From the IMG/VR virus record IMGVR_UViG_3300025087_000034: a stretch of DNA of 64,000 nt; one strand, written 5' to 3'. Below the pieces are notes generated by a model. That model did no database searches, was not told the origin of the DNA, and saw only the letters and a list, made by a program, of their open reading frames with translations. A program made the translations under genes and the position numbers. Positions 56,891-64,000 of this stretch are shown here, piece after piece (the stretch's first letter is position 1; every line of letters begins with the position of its first letter). The stretch is from a virus (Duplodnaviria > Caudoviricetes).

Positions 56891-57831
56891 CGATAGTTCC
56901 CTATTGTTCTTATACTCAGATTACCATCATACCTTAAACATACCCCATTCGAAACCATAGTCGTAGTGGCCTCTCCGGCGTAGCGCCTACAACTTATTAT
57001 TATATTGTTGTTTTCTATGAAAGCTTCATAAAAATCAGAATGTTGAGAATGCACAAGGTATCCTAATCTAGTAAAGGTCTCAAAATCTACCACTATTACA
57101 TTTTTAGGATGTCCTACACAATAACTATCTATAACTGAAAATTCAGAGAACCTGGCAAAATTATCAGTGACGTCGCCCAGATAATCCCTATAAATTTGTG
57201 TAAAACCACTAGTAAAATGGCACAAAGTTGTAATTCTATATAGAGTACCCCTATTTATTAGTATATGGGTATAGTTTCCCGAAGAGTTGGATAATGTTTG
57301 TACGGATACCACCGTTTCTTCAGGAGCTAGTATGGATTCCATCTTTTGTTGTCGCAAGAGAGCTATATAGACAGTTTTGTCACCATGCTTACCTAAACAT
57401 ACACTGACAAAAGAAATCAAAGCGGAGCCATCCTCTAGAAATTCTGTTAAAAAACAGAGGGGCTTATCTTTTATAGTATTTACAGCTAGTATCTTAGCCT
57501 CCGGGTGTGCCGGATGAATACCAAGGTGGGAGGTACAATTCAACTGCTTACTATTGGAAAAGCCAGCGTCAAATACATAGGTATTGTTTTGATTATTAAG
57601 TAGAAACAAAGTGTGGCCCCTCGGTTCACTTAGTATAAAGGCTAGGCCACAAAGACCACCATATCCTATTCGACCCGCGTAGTTGGTTTCTCTAGACAGA
57701 GATTTATATACAGTGCCTATGTCAGGCATATAGAATAAGGCTATATAGTCGTCAGGTTTCTGTATAGTATTATGTATGCTAGAATAAGGAAAGGGGCATA
57801 TTCCATTAGGTCTTATACGGCCAGCTGGCAT
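56884..57831 (-). CDS. Hypothetical protein
   Basis: 315-aa beta-rich ORF. Confidence 0.55.
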   Translation of the reverse strand: MPAGRIRPNGICPFPYSSIHNTIQKPDDYIALFYMPDIGTVYKSLSRETNYAGRIGYGGLCGLAFILSEPRGHTLFLLNNQNNTYVFDAGFSNSKQLNCTSHLGIHPAHPEAKILAVNTIKDKPLCFLTEFLEDGSALISFVSVCLGKHGDKTVYIALLRQQKMESILAPEETVVSVQTLSNSSGNYTHILINRGTLYRITTLCHFTSGFTQIYRDYLGDVTDNFARFSEFSVIDSYCVGHPKNVIVVDFETFTRLGYLVHSQHSDFYEAFIENNNIIISCRRYAGEATTTMVSNGVCLRYDGNLSIRTIGNYRC

Positions 57832-58481
57832 TTTAGTGTTCCTTGATTAAACAGGTAATTTTTTATACATTGTCGATAATATATAACGCCACGAGAGGTT
57901 TCCCTCATCCATTCTGGGTGGTATTGAACTGCCAGCCCATTTATAGAGGGATAATAAACAACTTCTAATTCCTTTTCCGGGTTTCCTACGTCTTTTCTAG
58001 ATTCAAGCTCATAGATAGAAGATCTGTTTACGTCTGTCCAGGCTAACTCTATAGCACCCTTTACTAGAGGGTGTCCAAACATTTGATGGTGACAACTTGT
58101 CACTTCGAGAGAAGCCCCCTCCGATGTTACTATTTTGTGATAACCTCCTTCGTGACCAGTGGTATGTTGATATAAAAATCCTCCAGCCATAGCGGTGAGA
58201 TATTGTCCACCTCTACAAATACCCGCTATGGGTATATTGTATTTCCTAGCAAAATGATAAACGAACCCGTCTATGTCATCTCTATATTTAGAGTCGTATG
58301 TGTGGGGGTTTTTCTTTTGACCATATAAAGAGGGACTTATGTCTGCCCCCCCAGTCAACACCACTAGTCCAATATTTTTGGCATTTGATTCTATCCCCCC
58401 GACGTATGTAGTCATTTCCCCAAATACTCTATGAGGCAGGTAGTCTGAATGGGAACCTATAACCAATACTTTTTTTGACAT
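57813..58481 (-). CDS. Class I glutamine amidotransferase-like / peptidase C26 (gamma-glutamyl hydrolase)
   Basis: LTGGADI, GICRGGQ (Cys), SCHHQ, QYHPE (His-Glu). Confidence 0.9.
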   Translation of the reverse strand: MSKKVLVIGSHSDYLPHRVFGEMTTYVGGIESNAKNIGLVVLTGGADISPSLYGQKKNPHTYDSKYRDDIDGFVYHFARKYNIPIAGICRGGQYLTAMAGGFLYQHTTGHEGGYHKIVTSEGASLEVTSCHHQMFGHPLVKGAIELAWTDVNRSSIYELESRKDVGNPEKELEVVYYPSINGLAVQYHPEWMRETSRGVIYYRQCIKNYLFNQGTLKCQLAV

Positions 58482-58538
58482 CTGTTTTTCCTTTTCTACT
58501 ATATCTTTAGGTCACTTATGGTCTGCTTCCTTTTTCAA

Positions 58539-58799
58539 CTAAATCTTAAAGTCATATATAGGAGGATAGACTAGGGGGATCGAGGGGACCTCTGTTCCTG
58601 TGTCTACTAATAATATTGCTTTGTGATTTGGTACGAGGCCTGTTTTATGAAAGTACTCTAATTCTTGCGGATTAACTAGAATCCAAGCATTTCTAGAAGT
58701 TTTTTCAGCAAATCCACAGGAACACGCACTAAATAGTTTCCAACAGGACGGACAGACAGCAACCATAGCTCTGCTGCCGTCATATTTTTTTCTAGCCAT
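58539..58799 (-). CDS. Small Cys-rich protein
   Basis: CPSC..CSCG. Confidence 0.45.
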   Translation of the reverse strand: MARKKYDGSRAMVAVCPSCWKLFSACSCGFAEKTSRNAWILVNPQELEYFHKTGLVPNHKAILLVDTGTEVPSIPLVYPPIYDFKI

Positions 58800-59100
58800 C
58801 TATATCGATCCACTTTTCTGGTGGTTCCTTGTAATCAAAAAATCCTTCACTAGGAGGGTCGTTCTCTACATCCTCTATGGGCTTGCTCGTTTCTTCACTA
58901 CAGGGGTCCATAAGAGAAGTTTCCTGGCTATCATTTTCATTTTTCTTTGCTAATAATATAGCTTGGTCTTCGTTATAGTGTCCGTGTATTCCCAAACTTG
59001 TTTTTATAGGACGGCTTCCACAATAGACCAATTCATACCACGTATTCTCTAAATCGTCAAAATAAATCGCTGGATTACCCATTTTTGGCTTGTCTTTCAC
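58792..59100 (-). CDS. Hypothetical acidic protein
   Basis: 102-aa ORF. Confidence 0.45.
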   Translation of the reverse strand: MKDKPKMGNPAIYFDDLENTWYELVYCGSRPIKTSLGIHGHYNEDQAILLAKKNENDSQETSLMDPCSEETSKPIEDVENDPPSEGFFDYKEPPEKWIDIDG

Positions 59101-59410
59101 GCTTGTGTGCCACTCCGTTTTCTACTGTTCCTACACATGTTCCTGTGCTATTTTCTATAATGAATAGTAGCTTTTCGCCTGCACGAGCTCGTTTCTTGAT
59201 TGGATTATCTTTTCCATACATATTTGGAACTACATATAGATATTCTCCAATACGGAGTCCTTTAGCACATTCTCCGTGTTTGTTAAATAGCATTTTTGAG
59301 CTTAGTTGTTCTCCTTTATAGAACAAAACGATATCCTCGAACATGTGGGTATACACAGCTAGAGGAAGATATTTTGGATTATCTATAGTTATGATTCTTT
59401 TGGTTCTCAT
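59075..59410 (-). CDS. Hypothetical protein
   Basis: 111-aa ORF. Confidence 0.5.
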   Translation of the reverse strand: MRTKRIITIDNPKYLPLAVYTHMFEDIVLFYKGEQLSSKMLFNKHGECAKGLRIGEYLYVVPNMYGKDNPIKKRARAGEKLLFIIENSTGTCVGTVENGVAHKRERQAKNG

Positions 59411-59433
59411 TTCACAACCCTTCTCGTTAGCTT

Positions 59434-59931
59434 CTATCCCTTTGTTTTTTTCAACAGTTTTGCTATTTCAAGGTATCCCCACATACTAGCCCACCTAAGA
59501 GCCTCATCTTCACAAGCGTGTACGTCAGCTCCGCGCTCAAGAAGAAGTTTTACTATTTCAAGGTACCCGTTTATACTAGCCCATCTAAGAGCAAAGTCTG
59601 TACCAACATGTACGTTAGCCCCCTCCTGAATCAATCTTTCTATTACCTCGACGGTAATCTTTTCTTTTTTTCCAAGAATAACCTTGGAAGCTCTCCACTT
59701 CTCAGGTTCTTTTCCCGGGTCTAGCACCATTTCTGCGTCGGTAGGAATGGTAACCTTTCTAAGCCAGGGTCCATAGCCTAAAAAGGCTAGAATGTCTTCC
59801 CTAGCAAAGTAAATTCCTCCTCGTACACAAGAACCTTCCTTCTGGAAAGGAACAGGGTCTACGTTTAGACCGGTTTTGAATTGTAACCCGTGGTGACATT
59901 CGTTTGAGTTGAGAATCTTATAAAAGTCCAT
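59434..59931 (-). CDS. Ankyrin-repeat protein (member 3)
   Basis: Near-identical N-module to the 48541 gene (82-bp identical block 59717-59798 = 49028-49109). Confidence 0.9.
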   Translation of the reverse strand: MDFYKILNSNECHHGLQFKTGLNVDPVPFQKEGSCVRGGIYFAREDILAFLGYGPWLRKVTIPTDAEMVLDPGKEPEKWRASKVILGKKEKITVEVIERLIQEGANVHVGTDFALRWASINGYLEIVKLLLERGADVHACEDEALRWASMWGYLEIAKLLKKTKG

Positions 59932-59940
59932 TTGTTTTCC

Positions 59941-60225
59941 CTAGTTAAAGAAGTCAACTATACGTTTTTTCGTTCTTGGTGTCCACAGGCAAAAGGTTTT
60001 TTCTTTTCCTTCTCTCTGTTCAGGCTTGTCTAGAAATAAGCCATTTCTATCTATTTCCGGGTAACCTATTAGAGTAAGGGTATTTCCACAAAAGAAACAA
60101 AACATAGTTAGAACGTCGCTATCACCTAATTCGTTCTCTTTCGTCTGGTCATTTATGAGATGTAGATTATGATTACATTTTTGACATATGGGTAAGGATA
60201 ATACCACTTCTTCGCCTATTTCCAT
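59941..60225 (-). CDS. Small zinc-ribbon protein
   Basis: CQKC...CFFCG. Confidence 0.45.
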   Translation of the reverse strand: MEIGEEVVLSLPICQKCNHNLHLINDQTKENELGDSDVLTMFCFFCGNTLTLIGYPEIDRNGLFLDKPEQREGKEKTFCLWTPRTKKRIVDFFN

Positions 60226-60232
60226 AGTTTTC

Positions 60233-61660
60233 CTATCCCTTGATTGTAAGTAAAGGCCGGAGTTTTACTCTTGGGCTGGCAATATCAGCATCTTGCATTG
60301 TTTGGATAATTGGTCCGCTGGGTTTGTAAGCTTCGGGTGCTTCTTCTGCTAATGTTCTATGGTATTTTTTCAGGATATCTGGGCGGCATCTTATTTCAAT
60401 AGTGTTTGGATCTATAGCTGTTACTATTTTTAATTTGCTTAACTCTTCTTGTTTTAAAGTTTTCCCTCTAGCTATTTGTCTACCAGTACCATGGCAGGCA
60501 CTATTTAATGCTGTTTCATTTCCACTACCTACTAACACATAACTTGCGTCTCCCATAGAGCCAGGAATTAAGACGGGCTTTCCCTTCTTCGCTAGACAGG
60601 CTCCCTTACGATGTAAATAATGGTTACCTTCTTGGGAGATCCAGTTATGAGGAGAGTCCCACAACAAGCAATGTTGAACTTTTTGTCCTAGTGTTTCTAC
60701 CAAAGCACGAATTACCATTAGACCTAGAAACATGCGATTGCAAGCTGCAAAATTGATCGCGTTCCACATCGCTGTAAGGTATTCTTCTGCGTTTATCCCC
60801 TCTAATTTATAGAATCCGCTCTTAGGTTTTGCAGCTCCTTTAGGCCAATGTTCTCTTGCACGGTTTACAAAATATCTCCCTACAAGGGAGCCTAGACTAA
60901 CAGAGCCTGTGTGTACCATGATGGTAACAATACCAGGATGAATTGGCATATTTATAAGCTTGTTATCTAACAAGTAAGTTGAACCTAACAGTTGATTTAC
61001 CTCTTGGATTTCAACAAAGTGATTACCTCCTCCTACGGAACCTATTTGGGCATCTCGGCTATCTTGCCTCCCTGAACCTTCTACATAGTTTAAAAATGGA
61101 GAAAACAAAGTTACTGGTTGTGAAGTTACAAGAGTAGCATTAATAGCTTGTATTTTGGGTTCATAATATTGCCATAGCCCAATATGTGCGTTGATATTAT
61201 AATTTTCTAATAGACCAAGGGGACCTTGGCATAACATCGATATTCGTTGCTCTGGTGACATCGGGATATCTCTTCCTCCTTGAAAGAAAAGATATCGTAG
61301 CTTGGTCTGAAAAGTGGGCCAATGAGGTTCCAAATCTTTAGATTGTAAATCAGTAATTAGAAGACTAACCCCACAACCTATATCGGTTCCTATTGCCTGG
61401 GGTAACACTAGTCCCTTCATTAGTGCAACAGTACCAATAGGTATTCCTCTACCTTTATGAAAATCTGGGGTTATTACAACTTTTTCGAGAGTTCCTTCAT
61501 AATCTTGGTGAACTCTAAGAAATCCTAGTAACTCCTCTACTGCGTTAGTTTCTATTTGTACCTCTTGGTTAGCAAATATATGGGCATCCACTCCTTGTGG
61601 ATTATCAATTCTCAAAGTATACTCGTTTAAGCGATTCAAAGCAGGATGCAATTTAAACAT
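60233..61660 (-). CDS. rtcB: RtcB-family RNA ligase
   Basis: PDFHKG, DIGCG, GGGNHFVE, HTGS, HRKGA, CHGTGR, EEAPEAYK. Confidence 0.95.
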   Translation of the reverse strand: MFKLHPALNRLNEYTLRIDNPQGVDAHIFANQEVQIETNAVEELLGFLRVHQDYEGTLEKVVITPDFHKGRGIPIGTVALMKGLVLPQAIGTDIGCGVSLLITDLQSKDLEPHWPTFQTKLRYLFFQGGRDIPMSPEQRISMLCQGPLGLLENYNINAHIGLWQYYEPKIQAINATLVTSQPVTLFSPFLNYVEGSGRQDSRDAQIGSVGGGNHFVEIQEVNQLLGSTYLLDNKLINMPIHPGIVTIMVHTGSVSLGSLVGRYFVNRAREHWPKGAAKPKSGFYKLEGINAEEYLTAMWNAINFAACNRMFLGLMVIRALVETLGQKVQHCLLWDSPHNWISQEGNHYLHRKGACLAKKGKPVLIPGSMGDASYVLVGSGNETALNSACHGTGRQIARGKTLKQEELSKLKIVTAIDPNTIEIRCRPDILKKYHRTLAEEAPEAYKPSGPIIQTMQDADIASPRVKLRPLLTIKG

Positions 61661-61676
61661 TCTAATAGCTTTTTAA

Positions 61677-62138
61677 CTAGGCTCTCTTCCAGCAAGCTTT
61701 TACTAAAGAAACAAGGGCAAACAGTGGAAGGAGGATTTCCGGCTCCTTACTAGGTTTCGTTTCTATTTCAGATTCCTTTTGTTCCAACAATGAAGGATTT
61801 TCTTCTTTGGCTATCCGATTTTTCTCAAGGACCTTGTGTTCACGAAGGAGTTTTACTATTTCAACGTACCCCCTCACACTAGCCGACTTAAGAGCCTCAT
61901 CTTCACAAGCGTGTACGTCAGCTCCGTGCTCAAGAAGAAGTTTTACCACCTCAGTGTGTCCATTCATACTAGCCCACTTGAGAGCCTCGTCTTCGTGCGC
62001 GTGTACGTCAGCCCCGTGTTCTAGTAAGAGTTTTACTACTTCAAGGTATCCATAATTACTAGCCCGCATAAGAGTCGTGTTAAGTTGTTCTTCTTTTGTT
62101 GGGAGCAAGGTTTTTTCTTTCACGGTTTTTGACTGCAA
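61677..62138 (-). CDS. Ankyrin-repeat protein (member 4), no N-module, hydrophobic C-terminal tail
   Basis: 30-aa ankyrin units; ends EILLPLFALVSLVKACWKRA. Confidence 0.85.
   Translation of the reverse strand: MQSKTVKEKTLLPTKEEQLNTTLMRASNYGYLEVVKLLLEHGADVHAHEDEALKWASMNGHTEVVKLLLEHGADVHACEDEALKSASVRGYVEIVKLLREHKVLEKNRIAKEENPSLLEQKESEIETKPSKEPEILLPLFALVSLVKACWKRA
61693..61819 (+). repeat. Copy 1 of an identical direct repeat of at least 127 bp
   Basis: Matches 63874-64000 base for base as read. Confidence 0.9.
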
Positions 62139-62165
62139 AGCCTTCTAAAGAAATTAAAATTTTTG

Positions 62166-62248
62166 TACCCAGGGTCGAATTTGAATCGACACGGGAAATT
62201 CCCGAGGAATTTTGAGTCCCTTGCGTCTACCAATTTCATCATCTGGGC
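62166..62248 (-). tRNA. tRNA-Leu(CAA); CCA not encoded
   Basis: GCCCAGA/CCTGGGT acceptor (one mismatch), AGGGA-CTCAAAA-TTCCT, variable arm, GTCGA-TTCAAAT-TCGAC. Confidence 0.88.
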
Positions 62249-63195
62249 TATAAATATTGGGGATTTTTATTCTCCAGAACGCACAACCAGTATTTTGTTT
62301 TTTTAAGATTCAATCCCGGTAATTGAATGGTTTGTCCTCCTAATTTAGAACGGATTACCTCTAAAGCTTGAACAACATGTTTTCTTGATAATTGTTCTGA
62401 GGTATGGGAATGTGTTTTCCAAAGTCTGATTAGGAGTCTAGCTGCCATTTCTTTTGGCATGTCCTTTAGGAGGGATAAATTTAAAGCGTTACTATGGTAT
62501 GTTTTTTTCCACTCTCTCTGTTCATAACTTTCTACTAAAGAAAGCTCCTCTTGAAGAGTTTCAGCAGTATTACATGCTACCTCAAGAATATTAGGATTTT
62601 CTTTCAGGAAAAAGGGAATCACTTGCTTTCGAACTCTATTTCTAAAATATGTTTCAGTTTTATTAGAGCTATCTTCTATGGGTTCCCACCCACGATATTT
62701 TATGTATTCGTCAATTCTTTCTCGTGGAGTATTAAGTAGAGGCCGAATAACAGACTTCGATACTTTCCTAATCCCACAAGCACCTGTAAGACCATGGCCC
62801 CTACACACTCTCATAAGAAGGGTTTCTAATTGGTCATTGGCATTATGGGCTAAAGCTACCTTCTCTGCTATTACAAACTCCCTCATTTTTTCCAGTGCTT
62901 GGTGTCTGACCACACGGGCGGTATTTTCATCGGTCTTTAACAGGTGTAACTTATTTACTAGACAAAGCAAGCCAAGGCTTTTTGACCAAGAAGTTACCTC
63001 TTCAGCGTCCCTATTAGATTCAGGCCTAATTCCATGGTCGATATGACCTACTACTATATGTAGATTAAGAGGGCTATCTAAGAAGGCCCCGACTAAACTT
63101 TTGGAATCAGCGCCACCAGAACAGCCTACAAGAACGGTTTCCTTTTCCTTAAAAAAGATATTCAGACTGTCTATTTCTTTTTGTAGCGGGTTCAC
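62248..63195 (-). CDS. tilS: tRNA(Ile)-lysidine synthetase, short form
   Basis: SGGADS PP-loop, HIDHGIR, AHNANDQLET, IRPLL, DSSN...RNRVR. Confidence 0.92.
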   Translation of the reverse strand: MNPLQKEIDSLNIFFKEKETVLVGCSGGADSKSLVGAFLDSPLNLHIVVGHIDHGIRPESNRDAEEVTSWSKSLGLLCLVNKLHLLKTDENTARVVRHQALEKMREFVIAEKVALAHNANDQLETLLMRVCRGHGLTGACGIRKVSKSVIRPLLNTPRERIDEYIKYRGWEPIEDSSNKTETYFRNRVRKQVIPFFLKENPNILEVACNTAETLQEELSLVESYEQREWKKTYHSNALNLSLLKDMPKEMAARLLIRLWKTHSHTSEQLSRKHVVQALEVIRSKLGGQTIQLPGLNLKKTKYWLCVLENKNPQYL

Positions 63196-63218
63196 TTCAT
63201 TCTCCGGTCCTGGTCGAA

Positions 63219-63845
63219 TTAACTAAAAGGAATGTATCTCAAACCGTGTTTTCTCAATATATTCCTTATCTCTACTATACCTTCATTAGAAGTCCAGCTG
63301 GAAAATTCTTCATCTATATCGTCTGCATGTCGTTCCAGAAGGTTCTTTTTAGATTGTGCTAACATATCTTTTAATGGATTGTTCAAATTTTTGTTTGCGC
63401 GATAAAAGAAAGTAAACTTGTTAGTAATATAATTACCTAAAGTTTCACCAAAATATATTCTCAAGAAATTATTTTTACCTAACTTCTTATATTGATATAC
63501 GTGAACAAGTTCATGTACTAAGAGATAGATCGACATATCTTTCATGTCTTTAACCACTATAATATTATCTACCGTCATAGCTACATCGTTTAAAAAAGGA
63601 CCTAACACCCAAGACTTGCCTACACAAATTTTTGGATTTTCCTTGAGTGCTCTTCTTAGTACTTGTCCTCTTTGTTTGTCAAAGGAAATAAATACCTCGA
63701 TTATTTCTTTCGTGGCTTTAGAGAGGTTATAACATTTAGTGTTTCTGGAAATATTCTTTTCACTGAGAGGATTAACTACGTCACTAAAGATAGTCGTTAA
63801 CACAATAACTATTGCAATAGTTAATATGTAAACCACTGTCTTCAC
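63219..63845 (-). CDS. Membrane-anchored HExxH protein (DUF4157-like)
   Basis: N-terminal TM; LLVHELVHVYQ..E..A. Confidence 0.6.
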   Translation of the reverse strand: MKTVVYILTIAIVIVLTTIFSDVVNPLSEKNISRNTKCYNLSKATKEIIEVFISFDKQRGQVLRRALKENPKICVGKSWVLGPFLNDVAMTVDNIIVVKDMKDMSIYLLVHELVHVYQYKKLGKNNFLRIYFGETLGNYITNKFTFFYRANKNLNNPLKDMLAQSKKNLLERHADDIDEEFSSWTSNEGIVEIRNILRKHGLRYIPFS

Positions 63846-63857
63846 GGTACTCCTCCT

Positions 63858-64000
63858 TTAGGTTTTCTCCCAACAAGCTTTTACTAAAGAAACAAGGGCA
63901 AACAGTGGAAGGAGGATTTCCGGCTCCTTACTAGGTTTCGTTTCTATTTCAGATTCCTTTTGTTCCAACAATGAAGGATTTTCTTCTTTGGCTATCCGAT
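63858..64000 (-). CDS. 3' end of a further paralog sharing the tail of ankyrin member 4; 5' part outside the window
   Basis: Identical 127 bp, then diverges to ...ACWEKT-stop. Confidence 0.7.
   Translation of the reverse strand, partial: RIAKEENPSLLEQKESEIETKPSKEPEILLPLFALVSLVKACWEKT
63874..64000 (+). repeat. Copy 2 of the direct repeat (runs to the window edge)
   Basis: Identical to 61693-61819. Confidence 0.9.

Noticed and set aside
48960-59930. Diversity-generating retroelement template/variable repeat pair in the ankyrin genes
   Set aside because: Differences are not adenine-specific, and no reverse transcriptase is in the window.
5184-62257. TATTTATA/TATAAATA as a T4-like late promoter (5186, 10111, 37069, 52006, 62250)
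   Set aside because: Pure-AT 8-mer in AT-rich DNA with inconsistent orientation relative to genes; cannot be separated from chance by eye.
18553-63732. Numerous + strand ORFs of 60-240 aa in the right-hand 45 kb
   Set aside because: They overlap well-supported minus-strand genes and show no motifs; treated as shadow ORFs.
1-64000. Stop-codon reassignment (alternative genetic code)
   Set aside because: Conserved genes are full length in code 11 and end in TAA, TAG or TGA; no suppressor tRNA seen.
1-64000. Eukaryotic giant virus or bacterial chromosome as the source
   Set aside because: SD motifs, sigma70, tmRNA and overlapping operons argue against NCLDV; scattered, divergent housekeeping homologs among many orphans argue against a chromosome. 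Phage origin remains an inference.

Overview
AT-rich, gene-dense segment that reads as part of a large (jumbo-type) bacteriophage genome in standard code 11. Genes lie on the + strand to about 18.3 kb and on the - strand thereafter. No capsid, terminase or rRNA genes are present, so the phage call rests on gene content. The window carries: (i) a 1039-aa RNA polymerase that looks like a miniaturised beta-beta' fusion, plus a sigma70-family factor; (ii) a tmRNA with a predicted 33-residue tag, ClpP, and a single-module Clp ATPase with a ClpP-docking-type loop; (iii) an expanded phiEco32-type amidoligase toolkit (three type-2 COOH-NH2 ligases, one other amidoligase, two ATP-grasp proteins, class I and class II glutamine amidotransferases) next to three pentapeptide-repeat genes; (iv) RNA repair and tRNA functions (RtcB, Rnl-type ligase, a CCA-enzyme homolog with a degenerate polymerase head and intact HD domain, TilS, tRNA-Tyr, tRNA-Leu); (v) replication, recombination and nucleotide genes (DnaQ-like exonuclease, Sak/Rad52, RuvB, resolvase-like nuclease, SF2 helicase, SSB, ThyX, dUTPase); (vi) a family of short-repeat ankyrin genes resembling giant-virus proteins; (vii) repeat-containing HNH and zinc-ribbon/Vsr nucleases, a roughly 250-bp IS200/IS605-like mini-element, and two structured non-coding regions. 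All family assignments are by-eye motif recognition; no database searches were run.
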